Shown here: positions 1 through 10,200 of the stretch, piece after piece | Position numbering within the stretch: the stretch's first letter is position 1 | How the letters are laid out: the number at the start of each line of letters is the position of its first letter | Assembly: GCA_903847405.1 (NCBI GenBank) | Contig: CAINDP010000091.1 | Coordinates: forward strand, 789 to 64,788 | Origin: an uncultured Myxococcales bacterium | GTDB taxonomy: Bacteria; Myxococcota_A; UBA9042; DTJE01 | DNA length: 64,000 nucleotides | Direction of reading: 5' to 3' | The notes under the pieces: generated by a model | What the model saw: the letters and a program-made list of their open reading frames with translations, nothing else | Told to the model about the DNA's origin: nothing | The model's database searches: none | Made by a program: the position numbers and the translations under genes

Positions 1-40
1 GACCGTTCACCAGGAAGCGCCGCGCGTCGCGAACCATCAT
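1..40 (-). CDS. 5' end of an unidentified gene that runs off the left edge (MMVRDARRFLVNG...)
   Basis: ATG at 40 (second ATG at 37) on the minus strand, directly preceded by GGAGGC. Only about 13 codons are visible, and it is co-directional with the upstream gene 64..738. Confidence 0.2.
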   Translation of the reverse strand, partial: MMVRDARRFLVNG

Positions 41-63
41 GAGCCTCCGTCGAAAAAACGAAA

Positions 64-738
64 TCACAGGCGATCGGCCACGCACCGGACCAGATGCGTT
101 TCGCCGATGGCAAGAAAACCGCTGGCGCCACCGCGCATGTCGGTGCAGGCCCGGTTCGAACGGGTCGGATCGTCCGACCGGGACAGGCCGGCCGCCCAGT
201 AGGTGTCGCAGTCGCCTTCGAAATGCGTGTCCATGCGGCATCCCTGGACCGTGCATGAGTTGTCGTTGATCGCCATTTTCAGGGATTCCAGTTCTGCGGT
301 CCGGGGAAGGCGCCATGCCCGCCCGATCAGGTCGGGGTCGCAGGCCCCGGTCGCGTCGGTGCAGAACGCGGAGCAGCGCGACGCGTCGTCCAGGGCATTC
401 GGGTCCTTGCAGAGGTTCGCGCACTGCTCGACGGCGCCATCGCCCTTGACCAGGGCCAGATGGTCGTTCTGCCAGATCGCGCCCTCCCGTGCGGCGGGCA
501 GGCAGTTGACCACGGTCCCGTTGTCGAGGGCCTTGAATCGATTGGACCGGGAGTCGCCGGCGCAGGGACCGCCCTCCCCCCAAACCGCCGTCAACGGAGA
601 CGCGATTTCCGGGGACAATTCACTGCATTCCAGCGCCTGGTCGAACCATGGCACCGTGCGTTCCTCGCCCGAACAAACCGCCAGGGCCATCGCCAGGAGG
701 GAGCCAACAATCGCAACGATCTTGAATAGATATCGCAT
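64..738 (-). CDS. secreted Cys-rich protein with a DUF1566 (Lcl C-terminal)-like domain
   Basis: 224-aa ORF. N-terminal signal MRYLFKIVAIVGSLLAMALAVCSG. A WRLPRTAELESL motif typical of DUF1566. Many Cys residues. Confidence 0.6.
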   Translation of the reverse strand: MRYLFKIVAIVGSLLAMALAVCSGEERTVPWFDQALECSELSPEIASPLTAVWGEGGPCAGDSRSNRFKALDNGTVVNCLPAAREGAIWQNDHLALVKGDGAVEQCANLCKDPNALDDASRCSAFCTDATGACDPDLIGRAWRLPRTAELESLKMAINDNSCTVQGCRMDTHFEGDCDTYWAAGLSRSDDPTRSNRACTDMRGGASGFLAIGETHLVRCVADRL

Positions 739-872
739 TCTGCCCCCCGGATGGACGCGCTGATTCTTGCAGAGGGGCCCACCCGTGTCAACGGCCTTGT
801 CGGCCGTGCGGGCGGGCCCCGGCGTCGCCTGGAGACCTTCCGTCCGGTAGACTAGCCGGACGGAGGTGGCCG

Positions 873-3518
873 GTGAGAGCCGCAGGATCCGTCCCGACCC
901 TCAGAGTCGCCGCGCTGATCGGGCTGGTACTGGCCGTGGCCTGCGGCGGGACCAACCCCGGCGGCGACCTTGCCCCTGGGGGGGACGCGACCGACGCGGG
1001 CCGGGACGCGGCGGCCGACCTCGCCGACGGATTCGACGCGCCGGACTTCGCCCTGGACACGCCGGACCGCGACCTTCCAGGTTCGCCGGACGACGGCATC
1101 GCGCCCGGCGACGATTCGGGGGTTCCGGCGGACCCGGGGGATCCCGGGGATCCGGGATCGGCCGACCAGGCCGCGGACCCTGCATCGCTGGACGCGCCGG
1201 ACGACCGCGACGCCGACCTGGCGGATCCAGGCCCGCCTTGCGATCCGGCTGCCGGGCCCTGCCCCTGCGCCACCCCGGACGACTGCCCCGCGGGCGCCTT
1301 CTGTGACGGGACGGAATGCCGGCCGTGGATCTGCATTCCGGACGCCCGGTTCTGCCAGGGCACCACCCTCCTCCAGTGCGCGGTGGACGGCGGCGGGGAA
1401 ACCATCGTGGAGGACTGCGACGACGGCGACCCCTGCACCCTGGGGGACGGGTGCTCGGGAACCCGCTGCCGGGAACGGACCGCCGTGTCCTGCGACGACG
1501 GGAACCCCTGCACGTCGGATGCCTGCGAACGCGCGACCGGCGCCTGCGTTTCGACGCCCGTCGACGGCACGTCCTGCACCGACGACGATCCCTGCACGGC
1601 GAACGACCGGTGCAAGGGCGGCCTCTGCGTCGCCGGCGGCGCGACGCCGTGCTCCGACGGAAACCCGTGTACCACCGACTTCTGCACGTCCCTGCTGGGC
1701 TGCGTCCACGAACCCGCTGCCGGTTCCTGCACGCCCGCGTCGGACCCGTGTGCCGCAGGACGGGAGTGCCGGGACGCCGCCTGCCAGATCGTCCCTCGGG
1801 ACTGTGACGACGACGACCCCTGCACGCTGGATGCCTGTCAGGCCGGGGCATGCACCCACACGCCCGTCGCGGGATGCGCCTGCGAACTTGCGGCAGGCTG
1901 CGACGACGGGAATGCCTGCTCGCAGGACGCCTGCGTCGGGGGCCGGTGCGTCCACGAAGCCGCGCCTGCCATCGGGTGCTGCCAGGCCGCCGTGGACTGC
2001 GACGACAACGACCCCTGCTCCCTGGACGACTGCCGCGGATTCCGCTGCACGCACGCGCCCGCGCCCCTGCCTGCCTGCTGCAGTTCGCCGCGCCTGGACG
2101 TCGCCTTCGACGACGGAACCGTCGGCGGCTTCGTCCTGGAACCCGCCGGGCCGGACGGCGTGGGCTGGCGGCGCGCGGCAACCCCGGAAGGCGGCGGGTT
2201 CGTCCTGGCGTTCAGCAACGCCGCGACGACGGGATACGGCACCGGCGCAAGGGTCGCCGGCACCGCGTTGTCGCCGCCCGTCACGCTGCCGGCCGGCGTC
2301 GCGCTGAGCGTCACCTTCCGGACCTGGCAGGACGTCGAATCCGCCCCCGGACAGGACCCGTTCCGGGTGGACGCCCTGTCCCCGGACGGCACGGCCACGC
2401 CGGTCTGGACGCGCCCGGAAGGCTTCCCCATGCGGGCCTGGCGGACGGTGACCGCGAACGCGAGCGCCCTGGGCGGTCGCACCGTGCGCCTGCGCTTCGC
2501 CTTCGACAGCCTCGACGGCACGGCGAACGACGGCCGGGGCGTGTTCCTGGACGACATCGCCGTGACCAGCACGTGCGCGGCGTCAGGCTGCGGGCTGGAA
2601 TCGGACTGCACCTCGCTGGACTGGCACGCGACCTGCCTGGACGGCGTATGCGACTACACGCGCGTGCTGGACGTCGTGGCGACGCCGGGAGCAGGGAATT
2701 CCGCCGTGCGGTTCGCGGGGCCTTCGGACGTGGCGGTGTCGCCGGACGGCACGCGGGCGTACGTCAGCGATCGCGATGCCCACCGCGTCCAGGTCCTGGA
2801 TGCCGATGGCAACGCGGGTCCGGTCATCGGTAGTTACGGGACCGCTCCGGGCAAACTGGTATACCCCCGGGGCGTCGCGGCCGACGCCGATCGGGTGTAC
2901 GTCGCCGATTCGGGCAACAACCGCATCCAGGCGTTTTCGCCCGCGGGAACCTTCCTGTGGTCCTTCGGATCCAAGGGGGACGCCCCGGGCCGCTTCAACG
3001 AGCCCAAGGGCCTGGCCCTTTCGGACGATGGCGACACGCTGTGGGTCGCCGACACCGGCAATCACCGGGTACAGGGCCTGACGCGCTGGGGCGTTGTCCG
3101 CGTGGTCATCGGCGGCTACGGCCGGCTGGACGGCCAGTTCCGCAGCCCGTCGTGCGTCGTCCCCCTGCCCGACGGCGGCATCGTGGTCTGCGACACCCAG
3201 AACAACCGTCTGCAACGCTTTGCCGCCGGCGGCCGGCACCGGGCCACGATCACGGCGACGGACGGGGTGCCGCTGTCCCAGCCCTACGGTGCCGCCCGGG
3301 CGGAAGGGGATGCCCTCTGGGTGTCGGACACCTACAACCATCGCATCATCCTGCTGGACGCATCGGGACGGACCCGCGACGTCTACGGCCAGTTCGGCGA
3401 CGGCCCCGGGCGGTTCGCCTATCCGCTGGGGATGGAAACCGACGCGTCCGGCCGGCTGTGGGTCGTGGACAGCGGAAACAAGAGGGTCGTGGTCCTGCGG
3501 CGAGGACCGGTGCCCTAG
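873..3518 (+). CDS. lipoprotein with an acidic D/P-rich linker, about 7 Myxococcus-type Cys-rich repeats, a MAM/LamG-like module and C-terminal NHL propeller repeats
   Basis: GTG start after GGAGGTGG. Lipobox LVLAVAC-GG. Repeated DDGNPCT.D.C....G.C motifs. Repeats of the type YPRGVAADADRVYVADSGNNRIQAF / LWVADTGNHRVQG / LWVVDSGNKRVVVL are NHL-like. Confidence 0.8.
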   Translation: MRAAGSVPTLRVAALIGLVLAVACGGTNPGGDLAPGGDATDAGRDAAADLADGFDAPDFALDTPDRDLPGSPDDGIAPGDDSGVPADPGDPGDPGSADQAADPASLDAPDDRDADLADPGPPCDPAAGPCPCATPDDCPAGAFCDGTECRPWICIPDARFCQGTTLLQCAVDGGGETIVEDCDDGDPCTLGDGCSGTRCRERTAVSCDDGNPCTSDACERATGACVSTPVDGTSCTDDDPCTANDRCKGGLCVAGGATPCSDGNPCTTDFCTSLLGCVHEPAAGSCTPASDPCAAGRECRDAACQIVPRDCDDDDPCTLDACQAGACTHTPVAGCACELAAGCDDGNACSQDACVGGRCVHEAAPAIGCCQAAVDCDDNDPCSLDDCRGFRCTHAPAPLPACCSSPRLDVAFDDGTVGGFVLEPAGPDGVGWRRAATPEGGGFVLAFSNAATTGYGTGARVAGTALSPPVTLPAGVALSVTFRTWQDVESAPGQDPFRVDALSPDGTATPVWTRPEGFPMRAWRTVTANASALGGRTVRLRFAFDSLDGTANDGRGVFLDDIAVTSTCAASGCGLESDCTSLDWHATCLDGVCDYTRVLDVVATPGAGNSAVRFAGPSDVAVSPDGTRAYVSDRDAHRVQVLDADGNAGPVIGSYGTAPGKLVYPRGVAADADRVYVADSGNNRIQAFSPAGTFLWSFGSKGDAPGRFNEPKGLALSDDGDTLWVADTGNHRVQGLTRWGVVRVVIGGYGRLDGQFRSPSCVVPLPDGGIVVCDTQNNRLQRFAAGGRHRATITATDGVPLSQPYGAARAEGDALWVSDTYNHRIILLDASGRTRDVYGQFGDGPGRFAYPLGMETDASGRLWVVDSGNKRVVVLRRGPVP

Positions 3519-3850
3519 TCGAACGACAGCAGGGGTCCCAGGCGCTGGATGGTCCGCACGCCGAAGCCCTTCACCCGACGCAGATCCGAGGGGCGCTTGA
3601 ACGGGCGCTGGCTGCGGGCCTCGACCAGCGCGGCGGCCTTCCGGGGCCCGATTCCCGGAAGCTGCTGCAGTTCTTCCGACGACACGCGGTTCACGGCGAT
3701 CAGGGCCGGAACCGGCGCATCGGTTCCGGGGGTCACGGCGGATTCGGCGCACGACCTCGGGGGCCCGTCCGAATCCAGCGCCAGCGCGGGGCAAGGGTTT
3801 CCGAACGCCAGCAGGGCCATCACGGCGATCGCAAGGAAGGGGGCGGTCAT
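3515..3850 (-). CDS. comEA: ComEA-like helix-hairpin-helix DNA-binding protein (exported)
   Basis: ATG at 3850 preceded by GGAGGA. Signal peptide MTAPFLAIAVMALLAFG. C-terminal LQQLPGIGPRKAAALVEAR...RVKGFG HhH motifs. The part of the track ORF upstream of 3850 is discounted. Confidence 0.8.
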   Translation of the reverse strand: MTAPFLAIAVMALLAFGNPCPALALDSDGPPRSCAESAVTPGTDAPVPALIAVNRVSSEELQQLPGIGPRKAAALVEARSQRPFKRPSDLRRVKGFGVRTIQRLGPLLSFD

Positions 3851-3869
3851 GGGATCCTCCGTTGTCCGC

Positions 3870-3889
3870 AAAAGGGGCGACGTGCCCCC
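3870..3889 (-). terminator. candidate intrinsic terminator downstream of the tatD-radical SAM gene
   Basis: On the minus strand: GGGGC-acgtc-GCCCC followed by TTTTG. It lies 124 nt after the stop at 4013 and just upstream of the comEA start. Confidence 0.4.
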
Positions 3890-4012
3890 TTGGACCACGA
3901 AGGTTCGCAAGGCGCGTGCCGGACGGGCACATCCCGGAATCGCTGGTGATTGCAGGTTTTCTGGATTCAGGCGCCGGATCGGGGCCTGGACGGCGTCCAA
4001 CGGGTCCAGCCC

Positions 4013-5401
4013 CTACCCCGGATCGTCCAGGGTGCGGACGCGGAACCGGACCCCGATCTGGTCCTCGGCCAGGCGGCGGCAGGCTTCGATGTCCAGATCG
4101 GGCAGGGCAACCACGCTGGCGGTGACCTCCGGGATCACGTCCCGGGCGCGGCGCAGGAACGCGCACACGGCGTCGAAGGCCGCGACGCCATGCCGGCTGC
4201 GGCACACGGCGGCGTAGGACTCGCCATCGGGGGCGTTCATGCTGACGCTCAGGGCGTCGACCTTCCCGGCCAGTTCCGCGACCACGTCCCGGCCGCTGAC
4301 CAGGCTGGCCAGCCCGTCGGTGTTCACGCGCACCTTCACGCCCGCCGCCTTCACCCGGGCCGCCAGTTCCGCGACCACCTCCCAGCGCAGCAGGGGCTCG
4401 CCGTAGCCGCAGAACACGACCTCCCGGTACCGTTCGAACCCGGCCGCGACCAGCGCGTCCCACAGCGCCTCGGGGGCGGGATCGGCCGGCAGGCGCAGGT
4501 TGTGGCCCTTGACCACCCAGTCCTTGAACTTGGCGCAGAAGGTGCAGCGCAGCGTGCAGCGATTCGTGACGTTCACGTACAGCGATTCGCGGATCGGGTA
4601 GACCAGCACCGGCGCCGGCGCATCCTGGACCTCGATCCCGAACAGCCGGCGCGTCGTCAACGTGGTGATCCGCGCCACGTCCTCCGGCGTCAACCCCTTC
4701 AGCAGCGCCACGGCCTCGCCGGTGTGCCGCACGAAGGACGGCTCGTTCCTGCGGCCCCGCATCGGCACCGGGGCCAGGAACGGCGAATCGGTTTCGACCA
4801 GCAGATCCTCGGCCCGAAGGCCCCTGACGGCCTCGGCCAGCGGAACGGCGTTCCGGAAGGTCACCACCCCGGGGATGCTGATCTTGAAGCCCAGGTCCAC
4901 GTAGGCCCGGGCCGTTTCCAGGTCCGACGTGAAGCAGTGGATCACGCCCGGCGGCCAGGGCAGCCGTTCGGATCGCAGGACCTCCAGGCAGTCCGCATGG
5001 GCATCGCGGACGTGGATCACCAGGGGCTTCCCCGCCAGGGCAGCCATGGCCACCTGCCGGCGGAACACCGTCATCTGGCCGCCCCGCGACGACAGGTCGT
5101 AGAAGTAGTCCAGGCCCACCTCGCCCAGGGCCACCACCTTCGGGTCGCCCAGCAGGCGCGCCAGCGTCGCGAACGTTTCTTCCGTCGCCTTGTCGGCCTC
5201 GTGGGGGTGGACGCCGACCGCCGCCCAGATCCGTTCGTGGGCCCGGGCGACCTCGACGGCCTCGGTCATCTCGGCCGGATCGGCCGAGGCTCCGATCGTG
5301 ACGATGCCTTCGATCCCCGATGCGAAGGCACGATCGATGACCGCATCCAGGTCGTCGGGGAAGAAGTTCCGGTTCAGGTGTGCGTGGGAGTCGAACCACA
5401 T
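4013..5401 (-). CDS. fusion protein: TatD-family metal-dependent hydrolase (N-terminal) plus radical SAM domain (C-terminal)
   Basis: One uninterrupted 462-codon frame. TatD signatures MWFDSHAHL, GEVGLDY, VIHCF, ETDSPF. The C-terminal half has NRCTLRCTFC (CX3CX2C) and a GYGEPLL glycine-rich segment. Confidence 0.85.
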   Translation of the reverse strand: MWFDSHAHLNRNFFPDDLDAVIDRAFASGIEGIVTIGASADPAEMTEAVEVARAHERIWAAVGVHPHEADKATEETFATLARLLGDPKVVALGEVGLDYFYDLSSRGGQMTVFRRQVAMAALAGKPLVIHVRDAHADCLEVLRSERLPWPPGVIHCFTSDLETARAYVDLGFKISIPGVVTFRNAVPLAEAVRGLRAEDLLVETDSPFLAPVPMRGRRNEPSFVRHTGEAVALLKGLTPEDVARITTLTTRRLFGIEVQDAPAPVLVYPIRESLYVNVTNRCTLRCTFCAKFKDWVVKGHNLRLPADPAPEALWDALVAAGFERYREVVFCGYGEPLLRWEVVAELAARVKAAGVKVRVNTDGLASLVSGRDVVAELAGKVDALSVSMNAPDGESYAAVCRSRHGVAAFDAVCAFLRRARDVIPEVTASVVALPDLDIEACRRLAEDQIGVRFRVRTLDDPG

Positions 5402-5444
5402 GGCGAAACGTCCGGGGTGAATCGGTGGTGCGCGATGCCGGTCG

Positions 5445-6392
5445 TCAGTCCTCCAGGCCCTTCAGTTCGCCGGCGTCCTCGACCTCGTCCTCGCCGGGCG
5501 CCGCGGCCTCGCCGTTCTTCGGCCCGCCCTTCCATTGGACGTCGACCAGCGGGAACTCCTCGAACATGCCCGGCCCCAACGACACCCGGACGGTGTTCCG
5601 GAGGATTTGCAGTTCCTTGACCTTCCCCTCGCCCTTCGGCGTCATCACCATGGCGCCGACCTTGGGGAACGACTTCTGCATCTCGCAGTAGGACGGATGC
5701 TCGTATGCCAGGCAGCACATCAGGCGCCCGCACAGCCCCGACACCTTCTGGGGATTCGGGACCAGGCCCTGCACCTTCGCCATGCGGATCGTCACGGCCG
5801 TGAAGTCCCGCAGGAAGGATGCACAGCACAGCGGCAGGCCGCACGGACCCAGCCCGCCGGTGCAGCGCGCCTCGTCCCGGACGCCGATCTGCCGCAACTC
5901 GATGCGGGTGTGCATCGACGTCGCCAGGTCCCGCACCAGGCCGCGGAAGTCCACGCGCCCCGGTGCCGTGAAGGCGAAAATCACCCGGCCGTCGTGCAGG
6001 ATTTCCACGTCCGACAGGTGCATGTCCAGGTCGTGCCGGCGCACCAGGTCCACGAACGCCGCACGGGCCTCCTGCTCGCGGGTTTCGGCCCGGGCCAGCA
6101 GCGAATCGGCCTCGGCGAACGCGACGCGCCGGATCACCCGGACGTACCCGTCGGCGGGCAGCGAACTGCGCTCGGAGGGCTGGAGGGCCCGTGCCAGCAG
6201 GTCGCCCCGTTCGGTGCGGACCAGCAGGACCTCGTCCTTCACGAAGCGCCCCTCTTCCGACCCGACCAGGAATCGGCGCCCCGACCGGGGCCGGGCCGCC
6301 CATCCTGCCTCGACGACACGGAGATTCGAGCCGGGAACCATGGCGGCGCGCCCGGCGTCAAGCTCGGGGGTGTTCTGGGGATCGGTCGACAT
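5445..6392 (-). CDS. PSP1 domain protein (RicT/YaaT family)
   Basis: GGLGPCGLPLCCASFL and GLCGRLMCCLAYE motifs characteristic of the PSP1 C-terminal domain. 315 aa. Confidence 0.85.
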   Translation of the reverse strand: MSTDPQNTPELDAGRAAMVPGSNLRVVEAGWAARPRSGRRFLVGSEEGRFVKDEVLLVRTERGDLLARALQPSERSSLPADGYVRVIRRVAFAEADSLLARAETREQEARAAFVDLVRRHDLDMHLSDVEILHDGRVIFAFTAPGRVDFRGLVRDLATSMHTRIELRQIGVRDEARCTGGLGPCGLPLCCASFLRDFTAVTIRMAKVQGLVPNPQKVSGLCGRLMCCLAYEHPSYCEMQKSFPKVGAMVMTPKGEGKVKELQILRNTVRVSLGPGMFEEFPLVDVQWKGGPKNGEAAAPGEDEVEDAGELKGLED

Positions 6393-6399
6393 GGGACTC

Positions 6400-7236
6400 C
6401 TATTGGACCTTGCGCGGCATCCTGGCGTCGATCGGCTCCATGATCGGCTCGAGGTTCGCCTGGACGACCCGGGTCTTGTCGCGCTCGACAGCCACGTTGC
6501 GGATCCACGGTTCGTACCCGGCCTTCTCGAAGCGCACCGAGTGCTTGCGGGTTTCCAGATGCTGCTTGGCCACGGGCGTCTCGCCGATCAGTTGATCGTC
6601 GAGGTAGACCTTCACGCCCTCCTTCGGCTCGGTTTCGATCTGCAGGTAGCCGTAGGTCACCTTCCGCGTCAGCGAAATCTCGACCTCGGTGTCCTTGCCC
6701 TCGGTGATCACCACCTCGCGGGTCGCGTCGTCGAAGTCGGGGCATCGACAGGACACGCCCATCCGGTACGTCCCCGCCGGCACCTTCACCTGGGTCGCGG
6801 GCGTCCGGACCTGGAGGATGCCGTCCAGCGACACCTCGATCCCCTTGGGTTCGCTGCGCACCGTCAGGGTCCCGACCCCTTTCTGCGACTCGCATGCCGT
6901 CATCGCGGCCTTTGCCTGCCGATCGTCGTCCGTCCCGGGCGACAGGAACAGGAACCCCCGGAAGTACAGCAGGATCTCGCGGCATTTCTTCAGGCGCTCG
7001 GCCACGCTGCCGGCGTTGAAGTAGGCGTCGATTCCCGTGGGGTCGGCCCGCACCGCTTCGGCAAAGGCGTCCAGGGCCCGCGGCAGGTTGCGGGCCTTGG
7101 TCATCCGGGCGCCCTTGGTCAGCAGGTCGCCGTACGACGCTTCCTGGGCCACGGCCGGCGCAGCGAACCCCACGAAGACCAGGATGAGGATCGTTGCCGG
7201 AAAGGCGCGCCCCGCGGGATTTCCGATACGCCGCAT
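6400..7236 (-). CDS. exported TPR-like / PEGA domain protein
   Basis: ATG at 7236 after GGGAGGTGA. Signal ILILVFVGFAAPAVAQE. PEGA-like motifs GTLTVRSEPKGIEVSLDG and GYLQIETEPKEGVKVYLDD. The rest of the 708-aa track ORF overlaps the upstream protease gene and is discounted. Confidence 0.75.
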   Translation of the reverse strand: MRRIGNPAGRAFPATILILVFVGFAAPAVAQEASYGDLLTKGARMTKARNLPRALDAFAEAVRADPTGIDAYFNAGSVAERLKKCREILLYFRGFLFLSPGTDDDRQAKAAMTACESQKGVGTLTVRSEPKGIEVSLDGILQVRTPATQVKVPAGTYRMGVSCRCPDFDDATREVVITEGKDTEVEISLTRKVTYGYLQIETEPKEGVKVYLDDQLIGETPVAKQHLETRKHSVRFEKAGYEPWIRNVAVERDKTRVVQANLEPIMEPIDARMPRKVQ

Positions 7237-7238
7237 CG

Positions 7239-10200
7239 TCACCTCCCACCACCCCGAGCCGCAGCGGGCTGTACGGGTGTGGCCACGACGGGAGCCGCCC
7301 AGAACCGCGTGAAGCGCCGCACGGCCGTCCGGTCCTTCCCCTCGATGGCGAACACCGCAACGTCGTTCCGGCCGTCCACCAGCGGGACCGTGGTATCCAG
7401 ATCCACCGCGGCCTCGTTCGTGGGGCCCTTCCGCGTCCAGAAATAGACCTTGTCGTTGCCGCGGAAGATCAGCACCTTGCGCCGCGCCTCCCCCGCATGT
7501 CCCACGAACCGCGCGGTGCCCGTCAGGCGCAGCCGCGCCGCCTTCCCGTCCGCCGCGGGCAGTTCCTCCACGCGCAGGTCCAGGGCCGGGACCACGTTGG
7601 GGGTCAGCGGCGACAGGGGCAGCGTCGAGAAGCGGACCGCCCCTGCAACCGGCTCGGCATCGGCGGACCGGACGAAGGCGAACCGCCCGTCCTCGATTTC
7701 GACGCGCCACCAGTCCCCGACCCGGCCATCGGATCGCAGGTTGAAGCCCGCGGGCACGAAGAACAGTTCGCTGGCATCCTTCGTCGCCGCAGACCGGACC
7801 GCAACCCCGTCGCGCAGCACGCGCAGGGCTTCGGGGCGCGGCTCCAGCGCCGGCCCGGGCGTCGCCGCCACGGGAATCGCGGTGTCTTCGGACAGGAACT
7901 CGCGCAGCGACAGGTCCAGGATGCCGACTTCCAGGGTCGGCAGCGCCCCCGTCGGAGCATGCTTCAATTCGATCTTGAACCGCGCCTGGGCGGACTTGCC
8001 CGGCTGCAGCCCGTCGGCCAGGGTGAACCGGCCCTCGCGAACGAACACCCCGTCCTGACCCGACTTGTTCCGCAGCGTCACCAAAAGCTTGCGCGCGGCG
8101 CCCTCGCCGTCGTTGCGCAGATCCACCAGCAGCGTCGCCGTTTCGCCGGGATTCAGGATGCCGTCCCCGTTCCCGTTCGTGTCCAGGACCTGCACGCCCC
8201 AGGCGAACCGCGGCCGCGGGAGGGCCTTCGTCGTCACCATCACGGGCTCGGGGGCGGGACCTTCGTTCTCCCCCAGGAACAGGTGGAACGACACCCGGTC
8301 CAGACGGTCCCAGGCCTCGGTCGGGACCTTCACCACCACGTCGCGGGTCAGCGAGGCGCCGGGCTCCAGGCGGCCGAACACGAACTCGCGGCCGTCCAGG
8401 GTGCCGAAGTCCGATTCCGTGACGACCCGCGCCCGGTACTGCGTGTCGGTGCCCGGGTTCTTCACGGTCATCCGCAGGGTGACCTTGGCGCCCGGAGTCA
8501 GGGGACGGGAGCCGTCCGCCGACCACGTGACCCGCAGGGGCGTGCCCGCCTGCCGGGGGCCGTCCGTCCAGTCGATGCCCCGCACCGCCAGCCGCTCGAC
8601 GATCCGCGTGTCCTGGATCCGCGCCCAGTTGTCCAGTTCCGTGGAGACCGCCGCCAGGCCCTTCGCCCGCGTCGGCGTGCCCATCGCCTTGACCATGGCC
8701 TGGGCCAGTTCGATCGAGTCGTCCCGCTTGAACGTTTCCTCGTCCCGCAGCGGCGCGTCCTCGGGGTCGTCGTCGTTGCCCGCCGCATCGGATTCGTCGG
8801 CGGGCATGTGCCGGATACGACGGGCCGGAAGGTCGTGGGCCACCTTGCCGAAGGCTTCCAGCAGGCGCTTCAGGTCATGCTCGCGCCGGTCGTCGCCGGA
8901 TCCCAGGGCCACCGTTTCGGCCGAGGCCGTCGCCGGGATCAGTTCCACGTCCGGCACGACACCCACGCCCTGGATGGAAATGTCGCCCGGCGTCAGGTAC
9001 TGGGCCACGGTCAGCTTCAGCGCGCCGTCGCCCACCTCGTACATCACCTGGACGGTGCCCTTGCCGAACGTCGTCGTGCCGATCAGCGGCGCACGGTCGT
9101 CGTTCTTCAGGGCGCCGGCCACGATCTCGGCCGCGCTGGCGCTGCCGCCGTCCACCAGGACCACCATGGGCAGATCCGCGAAGGGCGCCCGGCCGTCGGC
9201 CTCGTACTCCTGGCGCATCCGCTTGCCCTCGCCTTCCGTGATGACGAGGGAGCCGGAGCGGATGAACAGGTTCGACACCTCGACCGACTGCTCCAGCAGG
9301 CCGCCGGGGTTCTGGCGGAGGTCCAGCACGAGCCCCTTCAGGGACCCGCGCGTCTTCAGGTCGGACAGGTGCTTCAGGACCTGCTGGGCCGTGTCTTCCT
9401 GGAAGTTCCGGATCCGCGCGTACCCGATGCCGTCGCCCAGCGACTCGCTGGTGACGCTGCGAACGTGGATTTCGGCGCGCTCCATCGTGATGGGATGGGG
9501 CTCGGTCCACTCCTTGCGCTGGACCAGGACGGTGACCTTCGTACCCGGTTCCCCGCGCAGCTTGGACACGGCGTCGGTCAAGGCCATGTTGATGGCGGAC
9601 TCGTCGCCGATCTGCAGGAACTGGTCGCCCGACTTCAGGGCCGCCTTGGACGCCGGCGTGTCGGGCATGACGGACACCAGCGTGATCAGCCCCTTCCGGG
9701 TCGAAATCACGATGCCGAGGCCGCCGAAGCGCCCCTGGGTGTCCAGTTGCATTTCCTGGAAGGCTTCGGGCGTCAGGTACACGGAGTGTTCGTCCAGCGG
9801 CGTCAGCATGCCGTTGATCGCCGCGTACTCCACGTCGTCGCTCTTGACGTCAGCGGGGAGGTGGGCGGCCACGAACTCGAACACGTCCAGCAGGCGCCAG
9901 TTCATTTCGTAGAGGTCGGACACCCCGCCCACGTCGAAGGTCCGCCGGTGATCCCCGATGCGGACCTCGACCGACTTCACCTTCGCGGCCTCGTCGCTGT
10001 CGGGCGTGACCATGAGGTCGGGAACGGCGTTTTCGGCCCCGCGAAGGGCGCCGATCAGCAACGCTGCAGGCTTCACGCGCTGGGGCACGACGTAGTTGGT
10101 ACGGATGAAGCCGACACACCGGGTCAGCAGGCGAAGACGCGACAGGTCGACGGCGCGACGTTCGCCGGCCTCGGCCGACGGGCTGCCCAGGGTTTCCAGG

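Noticed and set aside
6400-8526. 708-aa track ORF suggesting a much larger PEGA protein.
   Set aside because: The upstream 430 codons overlap the S41 protease gene in another frame and translate to Arg/Gly/Pro-rich junk. A strong RBS plus ATG at 7236, followed by a signal peptide, marks the real start.
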